A stretch of DNA of 63,448 bases, filler included, from Octopus bimaculoides (Eukaryota), in the NCBI RefSeq assembly GCF_001194135.2. It is 6 parts of 5 records of this genome, joined end to end, with 100 filler letters (N's around TTAATTAATTAA, not from the genome) between each part and the next. Parts side by side here need not be neighbours in the genome. Positions count along the whole stretch, not along the records: positions 59,152 to 61,626 come from NC_068985.1; positions 61,727 to 63,448 come from NW_026340799.1; 4 more parts are not named here. The stretch is one strand, 5' to 3'. The notes under the pieces are model-generated. The model ran no database searches. It was given only the letters and a program-made list of their open reading frames with translations, and was not told the DNA's origin. Positions 59,966 to 63,448 of this stretch are shown in pieces. Both the position numbers and the translations under genes were made by a program. Within the stretch, counting starts at the first letter, position 1. Each line of letters starts with the position of its first letter.

Positions 59966-61379
59966 TTATATTAATCTTAATGTCAACGTCAGATCTGTCG
60001 GTGTCCCTAACTGTGAAGATGGACTACATGCGCTAAATTGAGTGAGAATATCAAGAGTGTTAGTGACTCGTAGTTGAAGTTGATTCGAACCCTTGGAGAC
60101 TTAAACTGAAGTGCTTTAGCAGTACAGTAATAACTCTCTTTACGAAAACTCGCTTAAGGAGATCCCCGGTTTACGAGTTTTATTTCATAATAAATAGAAA
60201 ACGGTCCAACAGCCATTCTGTGTGTGTCGGAACGACGCAACATATGGCAAAACTGGTTCTAACGCGTGTACACAGCAACGGAGTAACATGACACNNNNNN
60301 NNNNNNNNNNNNNNNNNNNNNNNNNNNNNNNNNNNNNNNNNNNNNNNNNNNNNNNNNNNNNNNNNNNNNNNNNNNNNNNNNNNNNNNNNNNNNNNNNNNN
60401 NNNNNNNNNNATATGGCAAAACTGGTTCTAACGCGTGTACACAGCAACGGAGTAACATGACACATAAAATATCACTTGTATGATAAATCATTGATCTGCA
60501 TTACAAGTTACTTTTTACGATAAAATTAATTCGTATATCGAGGCATTGCGGTAAATAGCAATTTCTCTCAACAGGCTTGTATTAATACCAGTCATTAGAG
60601 AGGATTTTATTCACTATGATGGAGACCACATATTTCCCTATGCCAACGTAACTTTATTCGATGATGTGCAGTGAGAATAAAATTGCATGCACACATACAC
60701 ACACACACTTACACCCACGTATGCCCGCGTATATGTGCGGGTCTGTGTATCTTTGTAAATGTTGGTTCCCCGTCACCTACTTTTTATCGATGCCACAATT
60801 GAAATTGTATCGACTTACTCTCACTTCATTAATGATTTGCTCTCCCAGTGAAATCATTTTTCTCATTTACCACACATTCGCCTACAATGTACGACCTACA
60901 TTGTAACATATTTTTTTTTCGTTTTCCACTCCGTCATCCCTTCTTCCTTCTAAGTTTCGCTTATTTGCGAAATAAATGCCATGTATAATTATTATTGAAA
61001 TAATTCTTTTGTTCGTTTTCTTTAAAAAAAAAAAAGCGAACCAATCATTTTCTTCAATTAAATTGTATACATTACAATTCCCTGAGTAAATCTATTTCAA
61101 CACATATTCGTTCACGAGAATGCCAACGCATATAACCTCTAACACCTTCATCCTCACACGAGTATCTTTTGTTCTCACTCATCTGTTTGAACCGGTGTCA
61201 AATATGACGACATATCCATGTATTATATTGCTATTGTAGCTTTCTATTCCTGTGTGTGTGTGTATATAACAAGTATACGATGAGGCGAAACATTAATTAA
61301 AACTACCTGATTCATTAAATCTCTAATTCAGTTATTTATTTGTTTAATTAATCTTTCATTTTTCACTTGCTTCTCTCAT

Positions 61380-61567
61380 TAGAAAGCGGTAATGCTAGGG
61401 CACCGCCTTGAAGAGGTTTGTTTAGTCGAACGAATTGATCACAAAATAATATTCAACGTCTTGTTCTTATTCTTCCGGGGTCTTTTCGATACTGCTAAGT
61501 TACAAAGACATAAACATACCAAAACCACATCTCTACAGTTGGCGGTGCAGAAACACAAACACGCACG

Positions 61568-61626
<59 letters not shown>
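61380..61626 (-). mobile_element. SINE family A 3' module leading into (CA)n
   Basis: taatgctagggcaccgcc...tcgaacgaattgatc...ctgctaagttacaaagacataaac. Confidence 0.7.
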
Positions 61627-61670
61627 NNNNNNNNNNNNNNNNNNNNNNNNNNNNNNNNNNNNNNNNNNNN

Positions 61671-61682
61671 TTAATTAATTAA
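61671..61682. other. Artificial scaffold spacer
   Basis: N44-TTAATTAATTAA-N44. Confidence 0.95.
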
Positions 61683-62151
61683 NNNNNNNNNNNNNNNNNN
61701 NNNNNNNNNNNNNNNNNNNNNNNNNNGCTCATGAGCTGAAACTAGATAAAATGAAAATAAAATGAAAATGAAATATGTATGTCGTATATATGTTTATATG
61801 TGTGTATATATGAGTGCCAATTGAACATTATGAACATTACAAAATATTTTTCTCACGTTTAATACACCTCAACAGTAGAAAAAGTAGTTTGTTACAATAC
61901 AATAATAAAAATCCTGAAAACAAGGCAAACCTTGTTACCGAAGTATCATTGTATACATATTTACACAAAATCGGGTATAGAATACATATCTACAGATTTC
62001 GTCTATATATATATGCATGTATGCATATATATATATGGATGGATGTATATATGTATATATATTTGTGCGCATGTATATATGAATATATATGTATATATGA
62101 ACATATATGTATATTTATATACATATATATGTCTATATATATATACATAGG

Positions 62152-62197
<46 letters not shown>

Positions 62198-62438
62198 AGA
62201 CAAACCAATGGCTCGAAATGAGACACAGTTTAGGGCAGCGATGTCAAATTCTCTTATACACCAGATGTGCCATCAAAACTCTTGATTGGACTATATCAGG
62301 TGGAGGAGAAGAGCCATGCAAGGAACGTGAAGAGAGCACAGCATAAAGATGGAAAGTCACGGTGTCGCTCCAGCATGACCACAGCGACTTGGCTGAAACC
62401 CATAAATAAATAAATAAATAATATATATACATATATAT

Positions 62439-62571
<133 letters not shown>

Positions 62572-62639
62572 CTTATGCCTATACATATGTACATATATAT
62601 ATATATATGTACATATACATATATATATGTATGTATATA

Positions 62640-62781
62640 CAGGGTGGCCTGAAGTATGTGTTAATCCCCATGTGTGTAGATGGAGTAAATAAATTCATAA
62701 CATAAAAAATTAAATATATGAAATAATAATTTCTTTAAGTATGTGCTAATCCTCATGTACCCAGACTTTGTGGACACCCTG
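62640..62781. mobile_element. Tc1/mariner-type MITE (142 bp) with TA flanks
   Basis: TA|CAGGGTGGCCTGAAGTATG...CAGACTTTGTGGACACCCTG|TA inside a (TA)n tract. Confidence 0.75.
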
Positions 62782-63234
62782 TATATGTATATATATGTAT
62801 ATCCCTGTCTGTCTCTCACCCTCTCTTGTTTTTCATCCTTTCTTTTTTTCTCTCCCAATCCTCCCCTATTTTTCTCTCGTTCACCGTTCCCTCTCTCTCA
62901 CTCCTCCTTGACCCTCTCATTGCTGACACGTGGCGAAAGGGGTTCTTTCTTTCTACTTCCTACTTTCCTATAGAGAAGACGTGAATTTTTCGTCTCTCAT
63001 TCACATCTAACTTCGCGTTCAAAATAATAATTTTTCTATCGTCTTGACCCAACAGCCTTTACCGCTTGTTTTCACTGTTCTGTGTTGTTTTCACTGTCGT
63101 TTAGTGTCTTGTTCTTACTGTCTTGTTCTAACTGTCTTGTTCTTGTTTACACTTTCACCCTCCGAAAAAAATTCCAAATTTAATTAATTTGTTTTTGCGG
63201 GAAGGACTGTTCCAACGAAGTTGCGTATTGTCCT

Positions 63235-63448
63235 TGCCTTCGAAAGGCGGAGTAGATGGCACAGGGACAACTGAAGAAGGGAAATATTCTTTATGTTGCA
63301 TGTCTCGATTCTCTGTTTTTTTCGTTGTTCGAAAAAAAGTTCGTTTTCTGTTTTCGTTTCTCATTGTGTTTAACGTTTTTTGTGATGCCCTGTACCCCTA
63401 CATGCATGTATGTATACATATAGATGTAGGTATGTACATATATGTATG
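63235..63448 (+). mobile_element. Repeat family F copy, truncated by the window end
   Basis: ttcGAAAGGCGGAGTA...caaCTGAAGAAGGGAAatattctttatgtt...ttgtgatgccctgtaccc. Confidence 0.6.

Noticed and set aside
60242-60463. 53-bp sequence repeated on both sides of a 116-N gap
   Set aside because: Cannot distinguish a minisatellite from a gap-flank assembly duplication
61275-61300. acgatgaggcgaaac as an ultra-minimal hammerhead; similarly gcgaaacgcgtt at ~53463
   Set aside because: The 5' core is broken and stems I/III are not formed

Overview
AT-rich, microsatellite-saturated eukaryotic DNA. The SINE and repeat landscape points to an octopus (cephalopod) genome; this is an inference. The only clear host gene is the last coding exon of an Nkx6-family homeobox gene (876-1046, +). 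The rest is a transposon graveyard: four Penelope-like element (PLE) remnants, RTE and CR1-like LINE fragments, two Ty3/gypsy relics, a mariner, a Tc1, hAT relics, a Sola2-like relic, MITEs/foldbacks and about six SINE-like families. Five identical N44-TTAATTAATTAA-N44 spacers show the window is stitched from six scaffold pieces, so long-range adjacency is unproven. Best lead: a ~1-kb non-coding repeat carrying a minimal, probably dimer-type hammerhead ribozyme. It occurs twice as a divergent inverted pair (~10.4-13.8 kb), and one copy is interrupted by a PLE RT/GIY-YIG fragment. Further hammerhead-like cores lie near other PLE ends. Other leads: an in-window empty/filled site pair for the mariner, a 62-bp satellite growing out of a SINE, and heavier CpG decay in the 6-37 kb piece. 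All homology calls come from recognising motifs by eye; no database search was run.
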